The notes below the pieces were generated by a model that was not told the origin of the DNA, did no database searches, and saw only the letters and a list, made by a program, of their open reading frames with translations. A stretch of 24,000 nucleotides of DNA from Candidatus Kuenenia stuttgartensis (lineage in GTDB: Bacteria > Planctomycetota > Planctomycetia > Isosphaerales > Isosphaeraceae): positions 16,021-40,020 of the forward strand of contig CAMBEP010000032.1 of NCBI GenBank assembly GCA_945865635.1, in the 5' to 3' direction. Of the stretch, positions 22,641 to 24,000 are shown in pieces. Within the stretch, counting starts at the first letter, position 1; each line of letters opens with the position of its first letter. A program made the translations under genes and the position numbers.

Positions 22641-24000
22641 TTATGACTCAGGCGTGAGTTGCTCTTCTGCCATTTGCAAGGCTTTGATCATGCCGCGGGC
22701 CTTGTTGACCGTTTCTTCGTATTCAGCGGCGGGGATGCTATCATAAACCACGCCACAGCCAGCCTGTATGTAGGCTTTGCCCGCATGCAGTACGAGTGTA
22801 CGAAGGGCGATACACATATCCATATTGCCTGAAAAATCAATGTAACCCACAGCGCCTCCGTAAGGGCCTCGTTTCTGGGGCTCCATTTCGTCGATCACTT
22901 CCATGGCCCGGATTTTGGGCGCTCCTGAGACGGTTCCGGCCGGTAGCCCACTGCGAAGGGCGTTGAATGCGTTCATTCCTTCGGCGAGTTTGCCGCTCAC
23001 GTTCGAGCTGATGTGCATTACATGCGAATACCGCTCAATGTGCATGACGTCTGAAAGTTCAACAGAGCCAAACTTTGCAACTCGACCGACATCATTCCTG
23101 CCGAGGTCGATCAGCATGATGTGTTCTGCACGCTCCTTGGGGTCGGCCAGCAGTTCCTGTTCCAGGGCCAGATCCTCAGCCTCGTCCCGACCACGCTTGC
23201 GAGTTCCAGCCAAAGGCCGGACGGTCATTTCACCATCCTCAACCCTTACAAGAATTTCCGGCGAACTACCGACCAGACTGAAGCCCTTCCACGGCAAGTA
23301 GAACAGAAACGGGCTTGGATTGACAATGCGGAGCGATCGGTAGACATCAAAGGGATGGGCCTTGGTCTCCATCTCAAATCGCTGGCTGGGAACGACCTGG
23401 AAGATGTCGCCCGCCCGTATGTATTCTTGGCAGCGCTGGACCATGGCTTCAAATTCGGGGCGTTCGAAGTTTGAGACAACATGACGGGTGGGCGGGCTGT
23501 CGGTGTCGACATCGGCAATCACCAGGGATGTTGCATTCGTCTGGACTGGGCTTGCCAGTTGGGCGACAACTTCGTCGATCCGCCGGGTGGCAGTTTCGTA
23601 GGCCTGTTGGGCTGGGATGTCGTCGGTCGTTTGGGCCAGAACAACGACCAGAACGGTCTTGCGGATATGATCAAAAATCACCATCCGGTCATAAAATCCG
23701 AAGGCCAGATCGGGGAGTCCACGGTCGTCGGGAGGGATGTTGGGCAGATGCTCTACATAACGCACCGAATCATAGCCAGCCATGCCCACAGCCCCGCCTA
23801 TGAAACGTGGCAAACCCTTTCTGAGGGAAACCTTATGCTTGTTGATCCACTTCTCAAGGGCGGCCAGAGGGTCGGGATCAGAGAATCGGGTCAGGACGCC
23901 GTCGCGATGATCCCTGATTTCGATTTCGAGGCCACGGGCCTCAAATTCGAGGAATGGATCGGTGCCCAGAAAACTATATCGACCCACCTTTTCGCCACCA
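22641..24000 (-). CDS. trpE: Anthranilate synthase component I, N-terminus beyond the window edge
   Basis: GRYSFLGTDPFLEFEARG, GDIFQVVPSQRFE, RPLAGTRKRGRD, LIDLGRNDVGRVAKFGSVEL, SGLPAGTVSGAPKIRAMEVIDEMEPQKRGPYGGAVGYI, QAGCGVVYDSIPAAEYEET. The reading frame is open through base 24000 (GGEKVGRYSF). Confidence 0.95.
   Translation of the reverse strand, partial: GGEKVGRYSFLGTDPFLEFEARGLEIEIRDHRDGVLTRFSDPDPLAALEKWINKHKVSLRKGLPRFIGGAVGMAGYDSVRYVEHLPNIPPDDRGLPDLAFGFYDRMVIFDHIRKTVLVVVLAQTTDDIPAQQAYETATRRIDEVVAQLASPVQTNATSLVIADVDTDSPPTRHVVSNFERPEFEAMVQRCQEYIRAGDIFQVVPSQRFEMETKAHPFDVYRSLRIVNPSPFLFYLPWKGFSLVGSSPEILVRVEDGEMTVRPLAGTRKRGRDEAEDLALEQELLADPKERAEHIMLIDLGRNDVGRVAKFGSVELSDVMHIERYSHVMHISSNVSGKLAEGMNAFNALRSGLPAGTVSGAPKIRAMEVIDEMEPQKRGPYGGAVGYIDFSGNMDMCIALRTLVLHAGKAYIQAGCGVVYDSIPAAEYEETVNKARGMIKALQMAEEQLTPES

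Noticed and set aside
1-24000. tRNA/rRNA genes, CRISPR arrays, transposases or phage genes
   Set aside because: Scanned by eye for T-loop GTTCGANTC contexts, regularly spaced repeats and integrase/transposase motifs. Only coding-region matches such as 'gttcgaatc' near 16628 were found.

Overview
The 24 kb window looks like planctomycete chromosomal DNA. Signs of this are N-terminal 'LMLEERLQ' surface-protein motifs, a DUF1559-type pseudopilin, a PEP-CTERM protein and a HYExAFE-type protein. Recognisable genes, in order: (1) a Ser/Thr protein kinase, a small membrane protein and a pseudopilin (+). (2) A minus-strand mcsA / mcsA-like / mcsB cluster (protein-arginine kinase) with no ctsR or clpC nearby. 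(3) A PEP-CTERM protein. (4) A minus-strand cluster of a YkgJ-like Cys-cluster protein, a HYExAFE / PD-(D/E)XK-like protein, an untracked 56-aa membrane microprotein, bioB and a beta-ketoacyl synthase. (5) A SET-domain protein and a DUF6714-like protein. (6) A PhoPQ-activated pathogenicity-related (PqaA-type) protein. (7) A large multicopper oxidase with FG-GAP-like repeats, whose N-terminal signal region is separated from the body by an in-frame TAG. (8) A REP-doublet-like inverted-repeat element. (9) A DUF4268 / PD-(D/E)XK nuclease-like protein. (10) A Tat-signal metallophosphoesterase. (11) bioF and coaD (+). (12) A partial trpE (-) at the right edge. The items most worth a second look are the in-frame amber in the copper oxidase, the ATGA-coupled nuclease-like/microprotein pair beside biotin genes, the duplicated mcsA with an altered zinc-ligand motif, the REP-doublet element, and a perfect 13-bp hairpin between two genes. 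I found no tRNA, rRNA, CRISPR array or transposase. No clearly novel multi-gene system can be proven from sequence alone.
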